Positions 26,693-39,416 are shown, counted from the first letter of the whole stretch. The stretch is 63,997 bases of DNA, filler included, from Basidiobolus ranarum (GCA_040143965.1; 5 parts of 5 records of this genome joined end to end with filler, not necessarily neighbours in it), one strand, 5' to 3'. The notes: generated from the sequence alone by a model not told the origin. Translations and numbers: made by a program.

Positions 26693-28174
26693 TTAGCATT
26701 CGCCTGAAATCTCTTCTAGTGACTTTCCTTTGGTTTCTGGGACCCAGAAGGTAGACAAGAATCCAAGGAACATAATAGCGGCGAAAATGCCAAGCGTCTG
26801 GGGAAGGAAGGCATGATCACCATCTTTACCTCCAATTTCTACCAGTTGATTGAATCCGAATGTGGCAATAATAGCTCCAAGTTTACCCGAGGCAGCTGAG
26901 ATACCATGGGCTGTGGAGCGGAAACGCGTAGGGAAAACTTCTGAGGGAAGAACGAATGTTGTGGCGTTAGGTCCAAAGTTAAAGAAGAATTGAGCTAGAG
27001 TAAACAAGGCGATAAACAATGCTACAGCGGTATCCCTAATTTTGTAGAATCCGGCTGAGAGTACAATGAAGATGATTGTGAGGAAAGCAAAGCCCATCAA
27101 TTGAATCTTGATGCGACCCATGCGCTCAATGAGGAATACTGTAAACCAGTAACCTGGAACAGTACCCATCAGTGAAATAATTAGATTTCCTGTGGCCTCA
27201 GTCCACATGGCATCGTATGGGGAGAGTCCTTTAGAAGAGTATCCAATAGCTTGTAATATATACGATTGATTGAGGGAAAGTCCATAGAAAGCAATGTCAA
27301 GGAAAAACCACGAGAGCGAAGTACCGAGCAAGACTTTAAGATTTTTCCACTGGCCAAAATACTGACCGAATGTCAATTGTGTTCCTCTGTTGATCTTCCC
27401 AATAGCGTTTTGTGCCTCAATAGCATCCTTATCTTTCTCTCCTGTAATTCCTTTCAGATCTTCCGCAGCTTTCTCTACATCTCCATTCACCTCTAGAGTA
27501 TACCGAGGGGACTCAGGCATGGTCAAACGGAAGTACACAGTAAAAATGGCTGGAACACATCCAAATGCAAGCATCAATCTCCATACATAGTCAAAATTAT
27601 TTTGATCCGCGCGAATAGCTCCCTGGAAGATTGCCAGCATGATAACAGTAAATAATCCTCCTACCAATATACCAGTTCCCTGTGAGGCAAATACAGCAGC
27701 AATCATCATTCCTCGTCTTTTTGTGGAGGAAAACTCAGATGTAATGACTGCAGATACTGGATAATCACCTCCAATTCCAATTCCAAGAATAAACCGCCAA
27801 AAACCCAGGATGGCAACCACATTTACTCCTTTAGCCCAAGAACCAGCAATTGCGCAACAGATAGTAGCAAAGATGATGATTATCAACTCGGAACCATACA
27901 TTTTCTTTCTTCCTAGGCGATCACCCAAGTAACCAAAGAGCAACTGACCAATCAGAGTTCCGAAAGCTGTAGCACCTTTGAGTGGACCTTCGTATTGTTT
28001 AGGTATCTTGTTATTGTTGTTACTATAGTATACGTATCCCATCATTGGTACCGCCAAGTTAATGATAAATATATCGTAGGCATCAGTGAAGAAACCAATA
28101 CCAGCAACGATAATGGCGCGGAGATGCCAGCCCGTAAGTTTAGGTTCCTCAAGAGAATGTAGTTCACCGGGCAT
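26693..28174 (-). CDS. PHO84: Phosphate:H+ symporter (Pho84/PHT1 family MFS), intronless
   Basis: GFFTDAYD, GDRLGRKKMYG, GIGGDYPVSAVITSE, FLDIAFYG, FFNFGPNATTF, RSTAHGISAASGK, PETKGKSLEE. Confidence 0.95.
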   Translation of the reverse strand: MPGELHSLEEPKLTGWHLRAIIVAGIGFFTDAYDIFIINLAVPMMGYVYYSNNNNKIPKQYEGPLKGATAFGTLIGQLLFGYLGDRLGRKKMYGSELIIIIFATICCAIAGSWAKGVNVVAILGFWRFILGIGIGGDYPVSAVITSEFSSTKRRGMMIAAVFASQGTGILVGGLFTVIMLAIFQGAIRADQNNFDYVWRLMLAFGCVPAIFTVYFRLTMPESPRYTLEVNGDVEKAAEDLKGITGEKDKDAIEAQNAIGKINRGTQLTFGQYFGQWKNLKVLLGTSLSWFFLDIAFYGLSLNQSYILQAIGYSSKGLSPYDAMWTEATGNLIISLMGTVPGYWFTVFLIERMGRIKIQLMGFAFLTIIFIVLSAGFYKIRDTAVALFIALFTLAQFFFNFGPNATTFVLPSEVFPTRFRSTAHGISAASGKLGAIIATFGFNQLVEIGGKDGDHAFLPQTLGIFAAIMFLGFLSTFWVPETKGKSLEEISGEC

Positions 28175-30468
28175 TCTTTAGATGTTTGTTGCAAGTTGTA
28201 TTCAACAATGATGATGGATGATAGTTGCGTTCTCTTTTAAATCCTTTGCAATTGAATTTTCTTTCAATGGAGCTAGCCAATCCCAGGATGATACTGCTCA
28301 TGCTGGGTTTAAACGGAGTTCTTAGTGGAAGCGAAGGTTACTAAAGACGGGAGGTTACTAGTCAAAGTCACTTTATCCTATATAATTTGAACGATAGTTA
28401 CTCAAGCTACAGGTACCGGCTGTACGAAACGTTTGTACCACTTTAAACGTGATCTTGATTAAACTAAACATCCAATGAATGATACCTATCTTCGCATGCC
28501 CTAATACGAAGTCCAAATAACTGTGCCAAAAGATTAGCGACTAACCCAAAGAACGCCAAGTTTGAGGGTCATGTTTGAATAATTACCTTTTGAGGTAATC
28601 TTTCTAGATCTATCATATGATAGTATTCTTCGGTAACAATCAATACCTGGTGTTATATTACCAGCTAGGAGTTCATTAGGCGAATATTTGCATACCAGTC
28701 CTATTGATACCCTTGCGTATCAGATTCACTGCAAGTGGGTATTTGGAAAATAGCACTTTAACATGGACTACACTTATTTGCTTAACCTCTTTTCTTTTAC
28801 GTTATACAGTCTATTACTAGTTCAAAAAATTTCTGCTATATCCAACACATTAACAAATATCGGAGAAAAATATCTCCAATAAAAATAACTAACTCTGGAA
28901 CTGGTGACCTTCAAAATATTCTCGCTCTAGTTAATCAGCAACAACCACAAAGTGGGAGGGAGCCATTGACGCTGGACAGAAACTAGGGGCCAGTGGCCCA
29001 GAAACAGACCAAGTACAGGCCCATGTTGGTCAAATAACTCATAATGAAGTGAGCACCCACGTCAAGGAAACTGGGTTTGATCAGGGAGAATGTAGCAATG
29101 GGTTACACTAGTATAGTACTCGGCATGGAATCCGCAACTTACCTCTTTAGGCTCTGGATATGTTGTTAATGGGAACTACTAAAATCATAATAGTATTTTC
29201 ATTTATAATTTGTTTAATCAACTTGGTAAATGGCGTTTCGATTGAAAGGTATATTCAGCAAAGCTACTAACCCTAACCCTTAGTATATCTTGTGCTTTAT
29301 AAGGTAGAGTAAAATATAGGTATAGCAGTACCTTTGCTAGATTCCACTATGTAAGATTGAGGTAAGGGAGAAACCTTGCGAAAAGTAACATATTTTAGGA
29401 TTGGTGATAAAGCAAGTGGTATTCCCAAGTTAATTCTCTACCTTATCTTCAGTGCTCTATTCAAACTTTCTTCTTCGCTTATAGCGGGGATATATATTAA
29501 CTGAGTCTAACTCCAAACTTTATTCAAATATTCTAACAGCTTTATGGAGAATTTTGTAGTATAAATCAGCCAGTTTTAACCAAGAGATATTCAAAATAGC
29601 CCCTGGCTGAATGATCGCCAATCGAAGATATAGAGATCCAATATAAAGCATATTGCCTCAAATTATATAATTCCCAAAACATTATATAGCTAAATGTATT
29701 TTCCACTCTATGAAAACCCTACTAAGAATATTGGCAGTAGTAATAGCTGAATAATTTATACTCAGACTTATGGGAAGCAAAACTCCGTACTTTCATTTAT
29801 GCATACATCCTATCGAAGATTACTTCTGACCTTCCAATTAGGAAATAGTAAAACATCTATATACTTCTCATTAGATCCACATCTTGAAATTTCTGAGATG
29901 TATTCAGAATTGATATTATATTTAGACTGGTGCAATAATCTGAGCTAAGCACCGTTATACTCGTATACTATGTTTAACATTTTTCCTGTTTCTTTACTAG
30001 ATATTCAGGATGGTTGAACATTAGCTCGATGAGAAGGTTATATCATCAGTCATTGAAAGCAGATATCGCACTTTTCTATTTGCTTTTATATATCTTGAAG
30101 TGATTTCAGCCTGAATAAGCCAAGTACTATTCATAACCTAGCAAAGATGATTAATAGGCAGATAAAACATGCGTAGAAACTCCACATGTTGATAGGTGAG
30201 ACAATACTCATTTAGGAAGTTTTTCAAGAAATTCTACTTCAAGTATTAGCAGAAAGAAACATTAAAGACTTCATTCAACTCGCTCACTGTTCGTGTTTAA
30301 TTTCCGATATATTCATCAATTCAATTGAACTTCTTCGCAAAGGAAATGTTTCGCATACTATTTGTGAAACGCCAATCACTTTTTTTAATACTGACAATCA
30401 TCACTCACAAACCTACGACTATCTAGGAGAGTTACGCAACATGGACATTTAGGGAAATAGATTAAATA

Positions 30469-30626
30469 CCATATACGCTACATGCCATATACGCTACATA
30501 CCATATACGTTACATTACTTCCCCTTGATCTTAAATAGATAAAGAAGGAGCGTCAGAGATATAGTTATATAGTGCACACGTCAGAGATATATTTTAGTTC
30601 ACACCCATATATTTTAGTTCACACCC
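30469..30626. repeat. Cluster of short tandem duplications downstream of the GNAT gene
   Basis: ccatatacgctacat(g/a) 16-bp x3 (30469-30515); cgtcagagatata x2; atattttagttcacaccc x2 with 20-bp period. Confidence 0.8.
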
Positions 30627-30715
30627 CACCCCACCTTTAATGGATTATTATTTGGATGAAAAAGGCGATTGATGTTTTATATAATGACAAGAACAAATAT
30701 GCATATCACACACAT

Positions 30716-31528
30716 CTACAGCTTTAAGCTCATGATGATGTCGCATCTGTCATAGTCTGGATGTTTTCCGAGACGGACAGTTTCAAATCCGTGATTTTTG
30801 TAAAGAGTAATTGCTTTCACAAGTTTTACGGCACACAGAATAGCAATGTCCGGATAACCCTGCTTTCTAGCCCAATCTATGCCTTCTCTCATAAGCGGAT
30901 GAGCATATCCCTTGCCTTGATACCCATCGGCCACTGTCATCTTTCCCAGCTCACATTCGCCATCGTGGATCATCATAGCCACTGTCCCAGCTACTTTATT
31001 ATCATCCAAAAGGAAAAATATCTGTCCACCAGGCTTTATGATGCTTTCTTCGGGATGGTCCAATTGGCGAATATCTGTTTCCTCCACCTTGAAGAATTGC
31101 TCTACCCAAGCTAAATTCAGATCTTTGAAGATTTGCTTATACTCCGGTGACCAAGTAGCGACATACAACTTCTTCATAATCATCTAAATGTCACATTAAT
31201 CAACAGATCAAGTGAAATGAAGGGAGTTGCCATTTTAACTTACTCTCGCATCCTTGTCTATGACGTAATATACGGCAACGCAATTGTCCGGTGTGGGTTT
31301 ATCTTCCCAGGATCCCTTTTTCAGAGCTTCATTGGCCCAGTCGTTCTGTAGAGAGCCGTTAGACAACTTAATGTAGAACAATATTAGCATTGTTTTGATA
31401 TACCTCTGAAGCAAACTGGTCCCATTCTACGAATTGGTTACGCATCATAGCGTACGTTTTCAAGGAATCACTGATCATATTATCGTTATGCACGTAGGAT
31501 GTCGGGATCAATCTGCGAAGATAATGAA
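30716..31528 (-). CDS. GNAT-family N-acetyltransferase with spliced N-terminal extension (exons 31528-31404, 31345-31244, 31183-30716; true start further upstream, unresolved)
   Basis: GNAT motif A ELGKMTVADGYQGKGYA and motif B AITLYKNHGF. The ATG at 31183 directly follows an acceptor (catttag); two phase-0 introns (GTAAGT, GTATAT) join open upstream exons. Confidence 0.85.
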
Positions 31529-33158
31529 CTTGATAGAAACACACAAGTTAGTTGGTAATGAAAACCATGTACACCGGTTTCCCTATAAACTCAATTTCCG
31601 CAGTATTATTCCTCGTACTCTGGGTGTGTCTCGCCGTCAGTTGACTATTATAGACCAGTAAAATTACCAAAAAAATGACTCGGATGACTCATAAGTAAGG
31701 TTAATTTTTCTGATTCCCATACTGTATGTTATCATACATTCAAAGGATTTTCTTCTCTTGTCTTCACCATTCTGAATATCTGCAGAGAAAACGTTTGTTA
31801 AAACCTTTGGCAATAATCCAATCTTTGGAGACTAATTGGCTAGTGGATATTGCACCATACCGAAATCGCACTATTTGCCCTATATCTCGTCATATCGCTA
31901 TTGTTATTAGAGTGTTTAGATGTTGTGACTTTATTTATGCAGAATAGTGAAGCTCGGACAAGTTATGCATAATACTAGTCAATATGATTAGCACAGGCCA
32001 TGGATTGTTAACAACGCAATCTGTCAGTCATGCGATTGGCTTAAATAGTCACTATGATTGGTACCGCACGAGAAACTGAGGTATGTTAAGCTATGAAGTA
32101 AGCTTATATGTCTTGATAACTTTAATAATTCATCACTAAAGCTATATATGTGTGCGTTTCAATGTATATCGTAGTATATCCTATAATTTCCAGTCATCTG
32201 ACCATGATAGCAACTTAAAATTTCCGTATAGGAGAATAATTTCACCTGACCCAAACTGGGGCCTACCTTCCTGATCACATCCTAGTCAAAGAAAGTTCAC
32301 AAGTGAATGAGTAACCCGTTTCAGCATAAACATCGAGTATTTTTAGGTAAAGTGGATTTTGGATTCATTTCACTTCCAGGTTAGACCCTCAGTCTTTGTT
32401 TACTTTTCTCTCTGCCCCAGTAAAGTTTAAGGTTTAGATTCATTGGCACCTTTTGACCGAGAAAATATATGCTACCTTGCGTCACAACCAATGACTCTCC
32501 GACCTAAACAATTTAATTTGCCAGCTCATATTTTACTTGGTCTCACTACCGAAATCTTAGTAAATCCGTGAACTCGTTCATTACTAGCAACGGAGACCGC
32601 TATATGAATTGATGGGGATGATGAGTATCGTAAATGAATATCTTTTACAAGGAAGAACAATATATGCTATTCAATGTGTCTGTGTATAAATCTTGGTTTA
32701 TGTACAATAAAGTCGCCCTTAATAAAGTCTTCGCTCTTTACAAGATTCAAAAGTGGAGCACCTGTCCTAAGAAACAAGATACTCGAAATAAATACCCGGT
32801 GTAATCTTTACAAACAACCACTAAACTACAACGGAATATACAAAATAAAATACACCTGATCCAATAATTAGCGTAGATACTGGGCGTGATATTAACGGAA
32901 ACGTGGAAATATGAAACATAGAAAGTTGATATGAAATATATCTGGCAAGTGTAGAAAGTCGGTGCTCGTGAACACACCTATTAGAAATACTTGGCAATCT
33001 TTGATGGCCTCTGAGGGTTGCTAGATCTCCGTAGAACGAGGAACGACGCTATTATTGAACAGGCTATAATCACCTGTCAATTATAATACGGATAGAGTTT
33101 GTAAATAAAATTACATTTGCGGTATCAAGCGGAGGAATGTCAGGAATGTTTGATATTG

Positions 33159-34346
33159 TTAGACGATATCGTGTTGAATCCAAGGATGACGAAGAATATC
33201 TTGAATGGTCGCTCTCTTACGAGGATCTTTCTCAAGCATGCTGTCCAATAATTGCAGGCAAGCAATGGAGCTTCGAACTTTGGGTTGTGTATACTTGCCA
33301 TGGATGGCTTGTGCAGGATTAGCGAATGGAGTTTGTCCATACAGTATTGTATATAACAAGACGCCTAACGACCAGATTTCTGCTGGTTCCGGACGATATA
33401 CTTGCCCAAGAAGAATTTCTGGGCCAGCATAGGTAATCGTACCACAAAACCGGTCAAGGTAACAATTGCGACGTGGTAGAACAATTGCTGAGCCAAAATC
33501 GATAAGTTTGATATTATAATCTGCATCGATGACTATGTTTTCATCTTTGATATCACGGTGACAAACACCCCTGCTATGCAAGTAACCAATACAGCTAACT
33601 ATTTGTCGAAAGACGTGTTTGGCAATATTTTCTGGTAGTCGATTACATTGTTCAATGCACTCGAATAAATCGCATGAGGTCTGTCTCTTTACCAATCGTG
33701 GACGCTCTTTCGATGATTGTTGTTGTTGTTCAAAATAGGCCATGTCACAGTGATTAGTAGATTGGACTTTCGGCATACCTTTTGCATTAGGCACCCACTC
33801 AGAGCCATGATACTCCATAACAAGATATACGTAGCAAGAGTCTTGAAAACAGTCAAAGTACTTGACTATGTTTTTGTGGCGGATATTTTTTAACAGATGC
33901 ACTTCTATCGGTATCGCTCCAAGTTCGGCGTCTTGCACCCAGCTTTGGTATGGGACTTTATCTTTAAGAATGAACTTGATAGCAACCTCTTGATTATCCT
34001 CACGACGAGTGCCATAGGCCACGAATCCAAATCCACCACTTCCAAGCTCTGTCCCAAGAGAGTATTTGGCAAGGAATTCACTTTGAAACTTATAGTTGGC
34101 TAATATGTTCTGAATGGGACTAAGCAATTCAGGTTCATTTTGTTGTGTGCACTGAGTATCTTGAGTGGTGGGAGTATTTTGAGGCTCAGTTGGTGAGCCT
34201 CTGTTCATTAAATGGTCAGTTTGGTGAGTTTGTATCAAATTTTCTATCGATGCTGTATGAGCCAGTACTTGCGCAGCCATATTTACTGACAAAGAGGAGG
34301 AAGTAAGTATAGATTTATCTTGAAGATTGAATGACAGAGTAGACAT
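33159..34346 (-). CDS. Ser/Thr protein kinase, CAMK group, PASK/PIM-like, no PAS domain; intronless
   Basis: LGSGGFG, VAIKFI, IPIEVHLL, DLFECIE, HRDIKDENIVID, DFGSA, FCGTITYAGPE. First in-frame ATG at 34346 (the ORF track starts at an upstream TTG). Confidence 0.9.
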   Translation of the reverse strand: MSTLSFNLQDKSILTSSSLSVNMAAQVLAHTASIENLIQTHQTDHLMNRGSPTEPQNTPTTQDTQCTQQNEPELLSPIQNILANYKFQSEFLAKYSLGTELGSGGFGFVAYGTRREDNQEVAIKFILKDKVPYQSWVQDAELGAIPIEVHLLKNIRHKNIVKYFDCFQDSCYVYLVMEYHGSEWVPNAKGMPKVQSTNHCDMAYFEQQQQSSKERPRLVKRQTSCDLFECIEQCNRLPENIAKHVFRQIVSCIGYLHSRGVCHRDIKDENIVIDADYNIKLIDFGSAIVLPRRNCYLDRFCGTITYAGPEILLGQVYRPEPAEIWSLGVLLYTILYGQTPFANPAQAIHGKYTQPKVRSSIACLQLLDSMLEKDPRKRATIQDILRHPWIQHDIV

Positions 34347-37300
34347 CGTGTTCAACAAAAAATTGGTCAAACAGTAAAAATGAGAATCAGCAGCCAAAAC
34401 TTGAAGTAAGATTGGCAAAGTAGTGTAAGCGTAGATAAAGGACGCAGTAAATGAGTTGATTAGTGAAAGTATGAGAAATCGAGTCAAGAGAATCTCTATT
34501 TAAATATGTGGCTCAACCAAGTGCAACGAACTGAGATCGAGTCATTGGATCGGAAAATTGCAAGGTACACCAGGCTGAATGCATGGAGTTAGGATGCACA
34601 ATGAATCTATATTTTGCTTATGAATATTCATCGTATTTTCGCCTAGTTATTAAGTTCTAAACAATTTCCCAAATCAAAAAGACAAGCATATAAGGAGATA
34701 TAGATCAGGAGGGAAAGATCAATTGACTAAAACAAAGGTAAGGAGAGGCATAAAAACGGAAATGGCTCCGGCTTATAGGTCTTGAATCATCCCTGATTTT
34801 GCTCTTGCTCTGGCGCGGTTTGCTCCTTTTGGCCGCTCACCTGTATAGCGATTCAAAGCTGTGTTGAAGTAGGATGTGTGGTGTGTGATGTATGGTAAGC
34901 GGTGTAGTAGTAGCTGTCTCACAATCCTGCGCCTTTACTTGATTATAACTGGTCCATCTGAACCACAGAATCTCAACTATGAATCGTGACGGGAGATTGT
35001 CAACAGAATCATCACCGTTTAGATGCGGAGATTCTCTCAATCTGAAGCTCTAGCAGATGCATGTATCATTGGCTACATCAGTATCTTTGACGGCTTAGGT
35101 GGTATCTTGTGGTCTCTTATGAAACCAATAAGCTGACAGACCTTTCATTTGGGGATTGTCCTACTACCCATGTTTTGAGTGAAAGCACAGAAGTTTCGGT
35201 GGATGGGGAAGTGGTGACCTGTTTATTGATAGCGAAAATATGCTGACCATTGCCGAATTGCTCGTTCTGATCGCCACTATTGCATCCTAGAGATATTTCA
35301 AATATCACAGCGCCGTGGTTACCAACTACATCACAGTTACTTAACCCTCTACAGTTGATGCTAAGTCTATGGAAAGAATGAAGAGAGCTGGAGATAGGAT
35401 TGCTTGCCTCATATTTAATATATGAGTTATGGTAATGGTAAAGTGCGGAGCAGATTGACTCTATTGGAGGAAATCGAGGCAGTTCAACTTAGGGTTATAG
35501 TCATGAAAGAACAATATAGCACTGTTTGCACAGACCTAGTAAATCATATGCAAACATTTCAAAGAGGCAGATCAGGTGAATTTCCACTCCTAAACAGCAC
35601 TTCGAATGTTCCTTCATAAAGCCCAACTAAGCTTCCATGTCTGTGGTATCGAAAATACTTTAATGGTTGGCTGGTAAGCTCGTACTTATCCAAGTAGTAC
35701 CCTTAAGATTTATGGTTTAATTCAGGCCATATATATATGTCGTGTCAGGTTTGGAAGCAGTAGGATAAAACCAAAAATTGAAAAAGCTTGTCGTATTTCA
35801 GTGTCAGTTCGGGCAGAACTCTTGATTGAAGTGTGCTCACACTCCTGTCAATCACTCCATCAGCTCCGTAATATTGGTTTTTCTCGGTACGTCTCCATTC
35901 GGATACAATCGTCAACTATAGTCCAAATATCACTTCAGTAAAGACCTAAAGGGCTATTCAACCTTGATTGATATTCGAATGTAACAGCAAACCGAAACAT
36001 AAATAAAGAGATTTCTCATGGCGTTGATTATGAAAAAAGTAGCTTTGCTTTGGTTATGTTCATCATAGTATATTAATTATATACAAATGTCAATAGTGAT
36101 TCAATTCTAGCAGTACAACAGCTTATATCATCGGTTCACATGTTTCATAGATTTCTGAGCCATGATTTTTGGTGGCAAGATCAAATATTGATCATCTGGC
36201 TATATCGCTCACTTTCTGATGCCTATCGCAATTATCGACATTGAAGACACAATAATTAAGTTGGTACTATCTAATCCAGAAATCCGGGACAAATTTGTCA
36301 AAATACTAATAGGGCAATTTACAAGTGGATCAAAAAATATCGAATCAAATTAGGATAAATCGCGCCAAATCAACTAGTAAATGACAATTACCATAGTTAT
36401 CATGTCCTTAAAGAGACACATCTTTAGTGATTCTGAGTGTTTCCATCAACTTGAAGGCTTTTTCAATCTTTCTTTACGTTGCGGATTTATCTTTGATAGA
36501 GTTCCCTTGCATGCACCATTCGAGGATGACTCTATTGGTACTCTAATGAGTTCCCAATGGTGGGAATTTCATTCATAGGAAATATGATTGGCTGTGGTAC
36601 GACGTTTACTCGCCAGATATTAAAAAAGGTTTCTAGCAACCAATATGAAGGCATAATTAGACTTGATCGTAGAACATATTTTATTTCTCCTATGGCTTGA
36701 ATGATGAAGTAGAGTAACCAGAGTGTGGTCTCTTTACAATCAATGTATAATAGTTTGATAATTACTTGAAACAAGTTCTCCGAGGTTTTCAACAATAATA
36801 TGTCTTCCCAAACTTCTCGATGGAAAATATGAATATGACGGGCTGCTTCTTTTTGATATAAAGTACATAAATAAGCTGGGATTATATCAACAACATCCGA
36901 TATGTCTTGATTCAAGAATAGATTACGATAATATTAAAATATCAAACTTACTCCGTGACATAGACTGCAGCTGGTGATATGCTGCTGCGATCTTGGAAAG
37001 GTATCGTACCAAATATCATTACAGCATTCGGTGGATTTGATCTCAGAAGATTATTGACTCAATGTATGGAAATGCCAGGAGTGGTAACGTCTTTTCAAGT
37101 GCGGCTTATCACTGAAGTTGTCTCTTGTGAATCCTAGAATGCTTCTAGCAACGCTAAGCTCAGATAATAGAAATATTCGATGTGATGTCGTTATGGTTCA
37201 AAAATTCGAATTTTACTACCGACAATCAAGGAGTATTTATACAGTTGGAATACATTTATTCGTTCCTTGTCATAACTGTAGTAGAGACATTAAGTTCATG

Positions 37301-38092
37301 GAACTGAAGTAGGATCTTCAACACGTATATAACCATCGACCTACACTTTCCCTGTGTCTTCGAAATCAAATAGAGCTTCCACAAAGAGAAGAATATACAT
37401 TTCAGAATTACGATAATATAAATCACCCATGCCCTCTAACTAGTCTCAAATATCTCGGTTCAAGACATTGCCTGAAATATATATATGAAATATCGTTACC
37501 TAGACAAACTACAGAAGCGGTTGTAGGCGACTCTTTGTGTCCAACAGAATAGTAACAAATGTAACACAATGTGATACAACTCGTGTGTGTTGCAAATATT
37601 TTATTAGCGGAAAAAATATTCTCGTAAGTGATGTCTGATCCAGAAGCATTGAATATCTCTATGTAGAGACTAAATATGTGCACTTCAACCATTCATGATT
37701 CATATTATCAGAATTCTGAGACGTACATTCTTCCATTTATGGTATGACCTTGCTAAAAAGGTGAATACGATAATTGTATTGAATCTCGATGGACCATTTG
37801 GTTCCATCAGCCGGGTGTTTAAACTGGAGCCATAACCAGCGAATGCTACATGCTAACTGTATAAATACTCCATAATTGCCGCTAGTAAAATTCGAATTTT
37901 CGAACCACAACAACACCACTTCTTATATTTCCTTGCCTTTACTTCTGTTGCTCACTTATAGCTTCACCACCATAATATGGGCAAGATATTTCATAAGGTA
38001 AAGCGAACAATTCAGTAGGCAGTATGTCACAGTAATATATATCCAACTGTCAAATAAAAGCTAATGTATGTCCTCGTGTCAAATTATAGCCG

Positions 38093-39027
38093 ATGCGCGA
38101 CGAGCGAGAAAAAAGTCAAGTTTCCAATTCAGCAAGGGTGTATTCGGACTCACTTTTACTTAAATCTATCGACATAAGTGATCTCCACGAGTTGGGTATC
38201 TATATTAAAGACCTGCCAATTACCATGGAGGCCGTTGATATTAAGGAGTACTTTTCTACATGGGGTCATGTTGTTTCATGTAAGGTGGTCAATACTAATA
38301 GGATGAGAAATGTCAAAACAGCTATAGTCACATTTAGACCATCACCAGCCTCGTTGGATTTCATGAGTCAGGTGCATCAACCCGTTTATCACGGCCTCAA
38401 AGGTCGAATTCTCAATGTAGATTTCACCGTAAAAACCTCCACGCATCTGGGCCTTCTACAAAGTGGAGAGTACACAAAACCGGTTTTTTACTCGGAAGTG
38501 ATTTCCTTAAACATGGGGATGTTCATGAATCGCAGTAAATTTCTAGATGTTTGGAGGCCTTCTGACAAGTGCACAATGGAATTTAACCTGGATAGGAAAC
38601 TCATATTTCTCAATCTTCGCCACATTGATGATAACTATCGCATTGGAATTAGGTTTGATGATGTCCAAAATAGAGTAATACTAGACACAAGTGATGAGAA
38701 CATGTACGTGTTGTACTTCCATATCGTTCGTACTCCTTTCCTATGGCGCCAACAAAAAAGTAATGCTCCGCTTCCAGATAGTTGGTGTGAAGATTATTCA
38801 TGGCGACGAGCTCCTTATATTATCGATCCGAGCGTAGAGAGTCCCGTCTATGATACAGGAGTTCGCATTGGCGAGTTTTCCGCCTATCGAATCAGTGTTC
38901 CGGTTCGCAATTCTAGCTGTTCTGGCTGGTTTTTTTCCTTTTGTGCCAGCAGGCTTTGGCTTGGAAGCCGATTTTGACTTAGATTTTGAACGCTTTTTGA
39001 ATGGCATTGAAATTTTCAGATGGTAAA
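38093..39027 (+). CDS. Probable RNA-dependent RNA polymerase (RNAi; RDR/SAD-1 type), N-terminal part only, cut by contig end
   Basis: RRM-like start (IYIKDLP...EYFSTWGHVVSCKV...AIVTF), then LNMGM..., YRIGIRFDDV, TPFLWR, WCEDYSWRR, IGEFSAYRI, resembling N-terminal regions of fungal RdRPs. Catalytic DxDGD domain not in the window. Confidence 0.6.
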
Positions 39028-39127
39028 NNNNNNNNNNNNNNNNNNNNNNNNNNNNNNNNNNNNNNNNNNNNTTAATTAATTAANNNNNNNNNNNNNNNNN
39101 NNNNNNNNNNNNNNNNNNNNNNNNNNN
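39028..39127. other. Artificial contig-joining spacer
   Basis: N44-TTAATTAATTAA-N44. Confidence 0.97.
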
Positions 39128-39416
39128 CACCATTGCCGCCACCGTTGCCGCCATTGCCAGTGTCGTAGGCACCAACACCGTTTCCACCTCCATTGCCACC
39201 GTTACCTCCATTATCGCCACCGCCATTTCCAGCACCATATCCACCAGCATCACCACCGTTACCTCCACCATTACCTCCATTGTCGCCTCCAGTAAAGACG
39301 TCGCTTACATCATACGCTCCATTATCTCGAGCCCATAATTGACGGTTAATCGTAGCAGAGTTGATATAACTTACTCCGGAGAGAATGAAAAGGAGCTTTG
39401 ATGAAGAGAATTTCAT
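39128..39416 (-). CDS. Secreted Gly/Asn-rich repetitive protein, 3' truncated by contig edge
   Basis: Signal peptide MKFSSSKLLFILSGVSYINS, then GGNGG repeats with GAYD/GGYG units; TATAAA on the minus strand ~100 bp upstream (~39514-39519). Confidence 0.8.

Noticed and set aside
28446..28451. AACGTG (CACGTT) as a Pho4 site upstream of PHO84
   Set aside because: A single hexamer is expected by chance, and Pho4-type regulation is not established for this organism.
36380..37420. Possible minus-strand multi-exon gene (ORF 36915-36532 plus splice-like signals)
   Set aside because: Could not assemble a stop-free model or recognise a domain; may be a pseudogene.
38093..39416. Apparent convergent pair RdRP / Gly-rich protein
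   Set aside because: Separated by an artificial spacer; different contigs.
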